A stretch of 64,000 nucleotides of DNA from positions 368 to 64,367 of the forward strand of contig CAKRTZ010000001.1 of the NCBI GenBank assembly GCA_934402515.1. The letters are read 5' to 3'. The notes under the pieces are model-generated. The model had not been told where the DNA came from, ran no database searches, and saw nothing but the letters and a program-made list of their open reading frames with translations. Numbering within the stretch: position 1 is the stretch's first letter; every line of letters starts with the position of its first letter. The position numbers and the translations under genes were made by a program. This document shows positions 44,629 to 53,072 of this stretch, one piece after another. This DNA comes from an uncultured Lachnospiraceae bacterium (GTDB lineage: Bacteria > Bacillota > Clostridia > Lachnospirales > Lachnospiraceae).

Positions 44629-46247
44629 TCCATCCCAAGTCTCTCTTTGGTTTCCTGCATCAGTTTGGTTTTTTCTGCCATTACATTCTCAAAGCCCAAT
44701 TCGGCTCTCTCCTGTTTATATTCCTCCACCATGGCATAAAACTCCTCCTCCGTGGGGGCAAATAGCAATGCAGGAAGAGTCTGGCTCCACAAATCCGTAA
44801 TATCCACATCTTTATAATAAAGATCGGAGCCAAGCAACAGGGAGCAGTCATACTGTCCATTGTACACCACATGCTTACAGGCCCATTCTTCTATCTGTTG
44901 CACCGCCTCCCCGGCGGGCTGTTTCCACTGTAACTGCATCACGTTGTCCTGGAGCATCCAATAGGCATCATCTGCTCCATACAGGGCATCATAGGTCACA
45001 CGGTCATTGTCCAGAATTTCTTTCACTTCCGGCTTTAATACCGGCTTTCCGTCCACCATGTCATAAGTGACACCTTCCACGCCCAGATAGGTAATCTCCT
45101 GCCCATGCTCGCTGATTAAATAGTCCAGAAAAGCGATGGCGCGTTCCGGGTCTTTGCAGTTTTTGGAAATGAGAGTCACCGTCCAGCCGTTAATGCCGGT
45201 GGAAGGCAGTGTGGGCTCATCCCCGTTACTGTTTGCGGGGCCGTCCACTGCCATGTACATCCGTTCCGGATGGTTTGCATACAGTTCCTTCTGCTGGTCA
45301 ATCATATCCGTATACTGATAAAGCATGCAGAAATACCGTCCCTGTGCCAGCTTTTCCTCCATCTGGGTACGGGTGTCCACAAAAATATCGTTTGCCAGGT
45401 AACCTTCTGTTCCCAGTTCCCGGAACATATTGAGCCAGGATAAATACTCAGGATCGGTCTGTCTGTCATAATATTTACCGTTCTTTTCCCAGGGAATTGC
45501 CAGAAAGTTCATCAGATAAGCGTCAAAAGACACACATCCTTCGTTGGTGAATACCTGGGAGCCGATGGGAATCAACGGTTCTCCGTCCACCTCCGGGAAT
45601 AATCTGGCAGCATCCCTTACTGCCTGTGCAAATCCCTCCTGGGTGGTCATGTCCGGCTCTCCCAGTGCTTCATAAATATCTTTCCGTACCAGAAAGGTCT
45701 GGTTTGAGGCAATATCGTCATGTTCTTCCACATCCTTCGGGGTGGTGAAGGAATTGGGGTAGCAGTAAACATTGCCGTCATCCTGGGTATACCAGCGGAC
45801 GGCATCCTCGTCTGTCACTTCATAAAAATACGTATCGTACTGGTCTGCCAGTTCGTTTAAAGCATAGACCATATCCTTCTGGATCATCTCATTGACGGCA
45901 CCCTCCCACCAGCCGAGAGTGATTAAATCCGGCAGGGTGTCGGATGCCATGAGGGCATTTAATTTTTCCGTGGCATTACCGATGGGCGTGATAAAATTCA
46001 CCGACACTCCCGTCTCCTCGGTAATGGTGTCAGAAACCACATTGCCGCCCCAGGGCGTAGCATACCAGGAATAGTTGATGTACCAGTCTAAAGTAACCGG
46101 CTCCTTCTCCTGTGCCAGTCGCTGCCAGGCAGGAGCAGATTCATCCAAAGCTGCCACTTCCTCGTTCTCCTTGCCGCAGCCAATACAGACTGTTGCCAAT
46201 CCCCAAATCAGTAAAAGAGTTTTTATGTTTCTTCCGCACTTTTTCAT
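44625..46247 (-). CDS. Extracellular solute-binding lipoprotein encoded in the sensor operon
   Basis: 540 aa. Signal peptide with lipobox-like VCIGC|G, and an SBP family 1-like body. Its stop overlaps the kinase start (ATGA-type, 4 nt). Confidence 0.8.
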   Translation of the reverse strand: MKKCGRNIKTLLLIWGLATVCIGCGKENEEVAALDESAPAWQRLAQEKEPVTLDWYINYSWYATPWGGNVVSDTITEETGVSVNFITPIGNATEKLNALMASDTLPDLITLGWWEGAVNEMIQKDMVYALNELADQYDTYFYEVTDEDAVRWYTQDDGNVYCYPNSFTTPKDVEEHDDIASNQTFLVRKDIYEALGEPDMTTQEGFAQAVRDAARLFPEVDGEPLIPIGSQVFTNEGCVSFDAYLMNFLAIPWEKNGKYYDRQTDPEYLSWLNMFRELGTEGYLANDIFVDTRTQMEEKLAQGRYFCMLYQYTDMIDQQKELYANHPERMYMAVDGPANSNGDEPTLPSTGINGWTVTLISKNCKDPERAIAFLDYLISEHGQEITYLGVEGVTYDMVDGKPVLKPEVKEILDNDRVTYDALYGADDAYWMLQDNVMQLQWKQPAGEAVQQIEEWACKHVVYNGQYDCSLLLGSDLYYKDVDITDLWSQTLPALLFAPTEEEFYAMVEEYKQERAELGFENVMAEKTKLMQETKERLGME

Positions 46248-46332
46248 CTTTATCCCTGTGTCCTTCTATCATCCATTAAAACGTTTCTCATAATTAATTT
46301 TAGTTTATCACAACCTTATTAAAAAAACAACA

Positions 46333-46377
46333 AAACGACCCTACGCCTCTCCCCCTATGAGCTGCGTAAAGTCGTTT
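46333..46377 (-). terminator. Intrinsic terminator after the sugar ABC permease genes
   Basis: AAACGACCCTACGC / GCGTAAAGTCGTTT arms. On the minus strand it is followed by TGTTGTTTTTTT. Confidence 0.55.
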
Positions 46378-46423
46378 CGTTAGGTAATAGGATAAATGAA
46401 AAAGAAAAATGTATTAGCGGCTT

Positions 46424-47260
46424 TTACTCTTTTACGGCACCTGCAGAAATACTGCTGATGATATATTTAGAGAAAAATGCAAATACCAGAAGAATAGGAA
46501 TAACGGAAATCGCAACCGCCAGATAAATTGCTCCCTGGTTGGAGTTTAAATCCGTGGATGCTTTTAAGGTCGCCATCATAACCGGTAAGGTAAATTTTTC
46601 ATTTTTGTTCAAAATGATCATTGGTAACAGGTAGGAGTTCCAGTTTCCAATAAATCCCATGATTGCCATGGTTGCGATACCGGGGGACATAATGGGCAGT
46701 GCAATCTTATGGAACGCATATAACTCTCTTGCTCCATCAATACGTGCTGCCTCAATCAATGAAGGCGGCATTACAGACTGTACATACTGACGAAGGAAAA
46801 ATACGGTACCAGGTGCTGCAATTGCAGGCACAATCAGAGGTATGTAAGAGTTTACCAGATGCAGTCTCGTACACAGGTTGTAGAAACCAATCAGGCTCAG
46901 CTGTCCGGGAATCATCATAAAGATCAGAATCGTCATAAATAACACTTTATTTCCCTTAAATTTGTACATTGCCATACCATAAGCAGTCAGTGCAGAGAAA
47001 TAAGCACCCAGAATGGTGGCAGGTACTGCTACAAGAATACTGTTCCACATACCCTTGAACAGATTAAAATATTGGAATACCAGATCCCAGTTTTCCTTCA
47101 GGTGTGTACTGGGAATCAAAGTAAAGGAACGGACGATTTCAGTTCCGCTTCTGGTAGCGTTGACCATCATCAGCAGGAACGGGAACATACATGCAGCTCC
47201 AAGAAGAATCAAAAGGAGGTACAAAATGGTTTTCTTAATTTTATATCCGACCGTATACAT
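46424..47260 (-). CDS. Carbohydrate ABC transporter permease
   Basis: 278 aa, six helices, EAA loop LIEAARIDGARELYAFHKIALP. Confidence 0.9.
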   Translation of the reverse strand: MYTVGYKIKKTILYLLLILLGAACMFPFLLMMVNATRSGTEIVRSFTLIPSTHLKENWDLVFQYFNLFKGMWNSILVAVPATILGAYFSALTAYGMAMYKFKGNKVLFMTILIFMMIPGQLSLIGFYNLCTRLHLVNSYIPLIVPAIAAPGTVFFLRQYVQSVMPPSLIEAARIDGARELYAFHKIALPIMSPGIATMAIMGFIGNWNSYLLPMIILNKNEKFTLPVMMATLKASTDLNSNQGAIYLAVAISVIPILLVFAFFSKYIISSISAGAVKE

Positions 47261-47263
47261 TTT

Positions 47264-48217
47264 TTAGTCCTCCTTCCTGTTAAATACTTTCAACTGTACT
47301 AAAGATACCAGCATCGTGATTAAGAACAGTGCATAAGCAATAGCAGATGCATAGCCGGTCTGTGTGGTTCCTGTTGTAAATCCGAATTTATACAAATACA
47401 TAACTACAGTCTGCAAAGAATTGTAGGATGCAGAAGAAGTGCTGCTCATTAAGAAGGGCAGATCAAACAACTGTAAACCACCGATGAGGGAAGTAATTGC
47501 CACATACAGCATAATAGGCTTCAATAAAGGTAAGGTAATCTTACCAAATACGGTCCAACGACCTGCACCGTCTATGGCTGCTGCCTCAAAATAATCTTTG
47601 GAAATACCCTGTACACCAGCCATCAGCATGATAAAGGAATTTCCGAACCACATCCATGCCTGGATAACCGCGATGGTGTTCCCTGCAGTGGAGGGATTTC
47701 CCAACCAGTCCACCGGATTGTAGCTGGCACCGAATGCTTTATAAATACCGTTAATAATCTGGTTAAAGGTTCCGTATCTCCAATCTAGTAAAGTCTGGAA
47801 CAGGAAGGCTACGGAGGTTGCTGCGATCAGGTTCGGCAGATAATAAACCACACGGAAAATGCCTAAACCACGCATTTTATATTTAATATCACTGAACACA
47901 ATGGTCAGTAAAAAGGCTAATCCTAACTGAAGTACGATATTGACTGACCAGATTCGTACGGTGTTCCAGAGTGCTCTCCAGAAGAATTTGTCGGTAAAGA
48001 CACGTTTATAGTTAGCAAACCATATAAAATGTGTATCACCTACACCGGCGAGTTTGGCGTCTGTAAAACTGAAATATAACGTTCTGAAAACGGGGTAAAC
48101 ACTAAAAATCAAAAATACAATGACGAAGGGAGCCACAAACACATAACCCATGTGGTCATACGTCTTTAATTTACTTTGTTTCTGCTTTGTTGCAGGGGTT
48201 TTTTCCTTCTTTTCCAT
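47264..48217 (-). CDS. Carbohydrate ABC transporter permease
   Basis: 317 aa, EAA loop YFEAAAIDGAGRWTVFGKITLP. Confidence 0.9.
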   Translation of the reverse strand: MEKKEKTPATKQKQSKLKTYDHMGYVFVAPFVIVFLIFSVYPVFRTLYFSFTDAKLAGVGDTHFIWFANYKRVFTDKFFWRALWNTVRIWSVNIVLQLGLAFLLTIVFSDIKYKMRGLGIFRVVYYLPNLIAATSVAFLFQTLLDWRYGTFNQIINGIYKAFGASYNPVDWLGNPSTAGNTIAVIQAWMWFGNSFIMLMAGVQGISKDYFEAAAIDGAGRWTVFGKITLPLLKPIMLYVAITSLIGGLQLFDLPFLMSSTSSASYNSLQTVVMYLYKFGFTTGTTQTGYASAIAYALFLITMLVSLVQLKVFNRKED

Positions 48218-48243
48218 ATTCCTTGCTCCGCTTGAAATTTTTA

Positions 48244-48269
48244 CGGGCTGCCCTGCTAAGAGCAGCCCG
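48244..48269 (-). other. Intercistronic GC-rich hairpin between the SBP and permease genes
   Basis: CGGGCTGC / GCAGCCCG 8-bp stem with a 10-nt loop. There is no strong U-tract. Such hairpins typically act as mRNA-stabilising or attenuating elements after SBP genes. Confidence 0.4.
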
Positions 48270-48300
48270 CATATTTTAATGGGTTTATAAGAATTGTTAC

Positions 48301-49749
48301 TTATCTCTCGATTGTAAGTTCAGGATAGGTAGACTGAACAGTATCATAGAACTCATTGATTGCATCTTCTTTAGACTTCTCACCGGTCTTAACAGCAGAG
48401 ATTGCAGCACCCCATGCATCGCCGATTACCTTGTCGTAACGAGTAACGATAGAGTAGTCAATACCCTTTGCCTGATCCAGCCAGAAGCTGTACAGTTTCT
48501 CACCACCGTAGATTGCATTCTCATCATCTTTGTGTTTCTCGATTGCAGATTTCAGAGATACGGTATCACCCTGGGAGTACTCGATCCACCAGTCAGCGGT
48601 ATCCTCGTTCAGAGTACAGAACTTAACGAACTCCCAACCAAGCTCCTGTTTCTCAGACTGAGAAGATACACCGATATATGTACCACCGGAGAATCCGTAG
48701 GAAGGTCCAGCACATACGCCCCACAGACCAGAGGTCTCGCCAACGTTATCTCTCATGGTCAGAACGCCCCATGCAGGAAGACCAAATGCGAATACAGTAG
48801 TTGTCTCATAATCAGCGGTTGCTTCTTTAAAGGAATCAGCATCCCATACGTTTACGGAATCATCTGCATAGTTCTGGATATCAGCAGTCAGGATAGGTAC
48901 CTCGCCGCTCATAGCCTGATACCAAGGCGTAGACCACTGGTTTGCATAAGCAGTCAGGTCTTTCTGGTATAAGTCTACACACAGATCCATGTAGTCATAA
49001 CGAGCCTGGGATACATTTAATTTACCATCTACTACCCAAGCGCTGTCGCCGGAGAAGAAGTTTAACTCAGCATCAGAAGCGAAGATTCTGTAACCAGCAT
49101 CTTTTAAGGTCTGAGCGGTCTCTAAAATGGTATCGTAATCTTTGAACAGTTTTCCAATTTCATCGGGATCATCGGTTCCGAATACTTCTTTTGCGATATC
49201 TCTTCTGTAATAGAAGCCTGCAGGAGTGATCTGATAAGAGATTGCTCTCTGGATACCATTGTCATCCTGTCCAACCTGCCATACATAGTCTACGATCTGG
49301 TCTGCATAGTCCTGTGCTCCGAAATCATCCAGGTTTGCGAAGAATCCTGCATCATAGAAATCCTGTAACATCTGAGGCTCACCTACGATGATATCCGGCT
49401 CTTTCTCTCCTGCCATTAAAGCGGTCTGAACCTTTGTAGGATAGTTTGCAGGCTCGATAACTACGGTCTCAACTTCAACACCGGTCTGCTCCTGGAAACG
49501 ATTACCAAAGTCAATCAGGTCGTTTGCCAGAGTCCATACGACTAATTTGTCACCTAAAGCGGTAAGGTCACCAGTTGCTTCTTCCTCAGCGCCATCGGTG
49601 GTTGTCTCTGCACTGCTCTCAGCTGCAGTTGTTTCGGTCTTGCTCTCTGTGGTTGCTGCAGGAGCGGAACTATCAGAAGATCCACATGCTGCCATGGAAG
49701 CTGCCATTACTCCAACCAGTGCCAGAGCCATCACTTTTTTGAATTTCAT
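48301..49749 (-). CDS. Carbohydrate ABC transporter substrate-binding lipoprotein
   Basis: 482 aa with lipobox MAAC|GSS and a Thr/Glu/Ala-rich linker. Confidence 0.9.
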   Translation of the reverse strand: MKFKKVMALALVGVMAASMAACGSSDSSAPAATTESKTETTAAESSAETTTDGAEEEATGDLTALGDKLVVWTLANDLIDFGNRFQEQTGVEVETVVIEPANYPTKVQTALMAGEKEPDIIVGEPQMLQDFYDAGFFANLDDFGAQDYADQIVDYVWQVGQDDNGIQRAISYQITPAGFYYRRDIAKEVFGTDDPDEIGKLFKDYDTILETAQTLKDAGYRIFASDAELNFFSGDSAWVVDGKLNVSQARYDYMDLCVDLYQKDLTAYANQWSTPWYQAMSGEVPILTADIQNYADDSVNVWDADSFKEATADYETTTVFAFGLPAWGVLTMRDNVGETSGLWGVCAGPSYGFSGGTYIGVSSQSEKQELGWEFVKFCTLNEDTADWWIEYSQGDTVSLKSAIEKHKDDENAIYGGEKLYSFWLDQAKGIDYSIVTRYDKVIGDAWGAAISAVKTGEKSKEDAINEFYDTVQSTYPELTIER

Positions 49750-49841
49750 ACTAATCCTCCTTGTTTTTTGAAAGAAAATACGATTGTCTCTTTCTGCTTT
49801 TCTTCCTTTTCTGTTTCAACATCTCTCTTGTTGATAATGCT

Positions 49842-49899
49842 ATTATACGAAAGGTTCCTTTTCGTTAAAATGTCTCTAATTTTAGAAAGGTTTCCTTTT
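49842..49899 (-). promoter_or_regulatory. Promoter region of the sugar ABC operon with two copies of an AAAGG-N2/3-CCTTT palindrome
   Basis: On the minus strand, TATAAT lies at 49842-49847. GAAAGGTTCCTTTT (49849-49862) and GAAAGGTTTCCTTTT (49885-49899) start 36 bp apart. The -35 region is poor. Confidence 0.45.
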
Positions 49900-49949
49900 T
49901 TTAGTAGCAGATTGTTACAATGGTGTGGGGCTGTACAATTCTCCAGAGA

Positions 49950-52900
49950 TCAACCCAGGGTGATCTCAATGCTGTCTACTTTTCCATTCCGAATATCCTG
50001 AGCCATCTTGCCAGTGATTCGATGATCGGTCACTTCTGCTTTTCCACCGTTCTTAAAAGCGATGCGTACCTTTTTGCACTCATACTGGCCGGGGATGTAA
50101 TCCTTCTTCTGTTCCAGATGATAAATCACTCTGGTGGTTCCAAGAAGAGTTGCCTCCACGGTCTGATCCTCACCGATCAGATATGCAGGGATTGCAGGCT
50201 GAGGAGTAAAGGTCAGCTCTCCTTCTTTCATGGAGAAAGGTGCTGCACCGAACATCATCAGCTTCCACATGCTGATAAACTCAATCGTAGAACCGCTCAG
50301 TCTTGCCACAAAACCTTTTCCGTGAATTTTACTGTTCGGATTTGCAGAACTTGCCAGGAAAGAAGAATTTTCCAGGATACTTCTTCCATAAACTTCGGGA
50401 TCCATAAAGGGCACTGCTGCCTTTGCAAAATCAGTAAAGAATTCTTCATACATACCGCTGCGCAGTACTTCCAACAGATATTTGTACTCCATGTGCAGCC
50501 AGATGGATTCATTTTCCAGCCATCCCGGTGTAAATGCCTTTGCACGACCCAGCTCATAGGAAGCTTTATCCAGAGAATTATTTACCTTATACATCTGAAG
50601 TTTGCGGTCATATAATCCACTGCCTTTTACCCGGTCATAGCAGGCCTTTTTCTCTTCTTTTGTAAGATCCAGTTTTAAATAGCGGACGGTTCCTTCAAGG
50701 AAATCCGGTACCTTACGCACCTGGAAACCGGTGGGAAGAATCCCACTCTCCTGCTTCTTATAGCCGGTGGCCTCATAGGTGAAATAGGTCGGGCTTACGC
50801 CGCCATTGATTCGATGTGCCTTTTCAATGCCCTTCTTCACAGTAGCTGCAAACTCTTCCAGGATTTCCACGATCCGGCTGCTCTCATAGACCTTACATCT
50901 TCCGGATACGCCATCGTACACTTTTCCGCGGTACACTTCCTTGGCATCGTTGATCTTATCCCAGAAAGAGAACACTTCCTCATCCTTGTCAATATGATCC
51001 TTTTCAATGCGGTTGATTAACTGCAGTTCCTCCAGGAAATTAGCCAGTTCTACAAACAAATCGATTCTTCCGGGATATTTCTTCATAGCACTGATGGTAT
51101 ACTCCAGCATACGCTCCAGTTCATAGGTCTCTGCCATAGAAGATCCGAACACACCCGGCATACCGTTTAACGCATCATACCAGCCGGGTTTTCCACCTTC
51201 CATCTCCACGCCCATGCCATAGGCATCCAGCGTAGCAAATTTCACTGCACAGAGAAGAATCAGTTTTTCTAATAATGTGCTCTTTAACACTTCGCCCTTG
51301 CCAAATTCGGTGCGTACCAGTTTTTCTTTTGTGTTACGGCGGGTCTCCTCCGCAATGGCATAGTACTGACGAAGTCCTTTCGGAGTTTCTGCGTAACGTC
51401 TTGCCCGGTCATTGATACCAGCCTGGGACAGGAACCACACATAATCATTCTCGTATAAAAGGTCTTTCTCCTTTTCCGGGAATACCTCCAGATAATCTTT
51501 GATCAGATCCAGGTTGTAGGTCCAGTGGTCAGACCAATAGCCTTCCTTAAAGTCAGCATTTAATGTCTTCTGAGAGAAATCCAGGAGCTGATAAAACAGG
51601 CTTTCCTGCCATCCCTTCGGATAGGTATCGTCCAGTTTCTCATAGAGTTGGCCGGGAGTAAAAGGTGTTGTCACGAAATCGTACAGTTCCATTGCATCTG
51701 CTTCCTGCAACAGTTTTTTCGCTGCGGCCTGCTCCATCTGGTAGGTAATTTTTTCGATTCCCAGAGGATTATAGCCGTCCAGCTGAATCAGGCTGTAGAA
51801 GGTGTGAATGTTCTCTGTTCCCACAAAAGGGGCGAAAAATACATCACAACGTCTGTTCTGGTTTACATCCCGGAAGTTTCCATTACCCTGGGAATAAAAC
51901 TCCGGTGCCACAAAATAGTCGTTATAATCTCTTTCCAGATCTCCGTGTTTTCTGGAATACAAGTAAAAGATCTTATTATTTCCAAGTTTCATGGGCAGTC
52001 CGCCACGTAACACGTTGTCCATGTAGGTATAACTGCAATAATCATCAAAATTGGTATTACCGGTCTTGGTGGCAATTCCTTTACAAAGTTCCTCCGTAAG
52101 TACGGTAGCTTCCTGAGCCTTTGCACGGAAGAATGCAGCATTTCTGGGCTCTTCAAAGAACTTCATCAGCAGTTCCTGGTTTTCCACCTGTCCGATCATT
52201 TCATAGATGGTGACAGATTCTCCTGCCTGCAGGGTCTTCTTCAAGCCAAAGAATGCACAGGGAAGAAGGTTGGTATGCATCTGCTCCAGTGCAAGCACTC
52301 CATCCAGTCCTTCTTTTTCAAAGTTGATGGCTCTTCCCAAAGAATCGTCATAGGCAAAAATCACTTCCGGATCCACGATGGAGACCAGCTTGGTTCCGTC
52401 CTCCAGACATCCGTATGCAAAGTTTCCTCCCAGCACTTCCTGTACGGATGCAGAATCTGCCATGCTGGCCCTTACCCGGTAGTAGGGAACTCCTGCCTCG
52501 GTATCCTCCACCTGCATCCAGGCTTTGGAGGTCTGCCCCATATTCTTCATGCTGCCAAGATCTACGCCGTAAGGAATTACCGCCGGCATACCATCCAGCA
52601 CCTCAATGTCCTTTGTCTCTTTGCTGTGGTTTGTGATTGTCACGCAGCGTACCAGTGCACCCAATCTCTCTGAGGGAAGTGTGTAATACTGTACCTTTGT
52701 GGTCAGACCGGTGGTGTCATTCACTTCTTCGATATGAAGCTCATTCATATCGATGCGCATCCGGTGTTCAATTTCCGCATCGGAAAAGCTTTCCGCCACC
52801 TGTCCGTTTAAACGGATAAAAGTTCTGAATCCGGTTCTTTTTACGTTCTGGTATGCCTGATGGGCGGGATAGAATTCCATAATGGAATGATTCTTATCCT

Positions 52901-53054
52901 GTACACCGAAGCTGACAACTCCCTGTCCCCGGTTCACATAATAACACCAGATGGGAATTCCTCTCACTCCGGCAATTCCGGGAAGAAAGCTGGCAAACCC
53001 GGATTTCTTTTCATACTGCTCCATCACATAACTGTTTTGATGATCCTGCATCAT
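49950..53054 (-). CDS. Large GH94-related glycoside phosphorylase-family protein (divergent; specificity unknown)
   Basis: 1034 aa with no signal peptide. PGWYDALNG aligns with the (G/A)DWND-x-L catalytic-acid motif of GH94 enzymes, and LSGSTIEF aligns with the TG(S/T)A(A/S)W region. The N-terminus reads [14 protein letters not shown]. The family assignment rests on motif memory only. Confidence 0.55.
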   Translation of the reverse strand: MMQDHQNSYVMEQYEKKSGFASFLPGIAGVRGIPIWCYYVNRGQGVVSFGVQDKNHSIMEFYPAHQAYQNVKRTGFRTFIRLNGQVAESFSDAEIEHRMRIDMNELHIEEVNDTTGLTTKVQYYTLPSERLGALVRCVTITNHSKETKDIEVLDGMPAVIPYGVDLGSMKNMGQTSKAWMQVEDTEAGVPYYRVRASMADSASVQEVLGGNFAYGCLEDGTKLVSIVDPEVIFAYDDSLGRAINFEKEGLDGVLALEQMHTNLLPCAFFGLKKTLQAGESVTIYEMIGQVENQELLMKFFEEPRNAAFFRAKAQEATVLTEELCKGIATKTGNTNFDDYCSYTYMDNVLRGGLPMKLGNNKIFYLYSRKHGDLERDYNDYFVAPEFYSQGNGNFRDVNQNRRCDVFFAPFVGTENIHTFYSLIQLDGYNPLGIEKITYQMEQAAAKKLLQEADAMELYDFVTTPFTPGQLYEKLDDTYPKGWQESLFYQLLDFSQKTLNADFKEGYWSDHWTYNLDLIKDYLEVFPEKEKDLLYENDYVWFLSQAGINDRARRYAETPKGLRQYYAIAEETRRNTKEKLVRTEFGKGEVLKSTLLEKLILLCAVKFATLDAYGMGVEMEGGKPGWYDALNGMPGVFGSSMAETYELERMLEYTISAMKKYPGRIDLFVELANFLEELQLINRIEKDHIDKDEEVFSFWDKINDAKEVYRGKVYDGVSGRCKVYESSRIVEILEEFAATVKKGIEKAHRINGGVSPTYFTYEATGYKKQESGILPTGFQVRKVPDFLEGTVRYLKLDLTKEEKKACYDRVKGSGLYDRKLQMYKVNNSLDKASYELGRAKAFTPGWLENESIWLHMEYKYLLEVLRSGMYEEFFTDFAKAAVPFMDPEVYGRSILENSSFLASSANPNSKIHGKGFVARLSGSTIEFISMWKLMMFGAAPFSMKEGELTFTPQPAIPAYLIGEDQTVEATLLGTTRVIYHLEQKKDYIPGQYECKKVRIAFKNGGKAEVTDHRITGKMAQDIRNGKVDSIEITLG

Positions 53055-53072
53055 ATTTCCCTCTCTTTTCTA

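Noticed and set aside
49920-50615. 231-aa plus-strand ORF
   Set aside because: Antisense to the 3' end of the 1034-aa phosphorylase-family gene.
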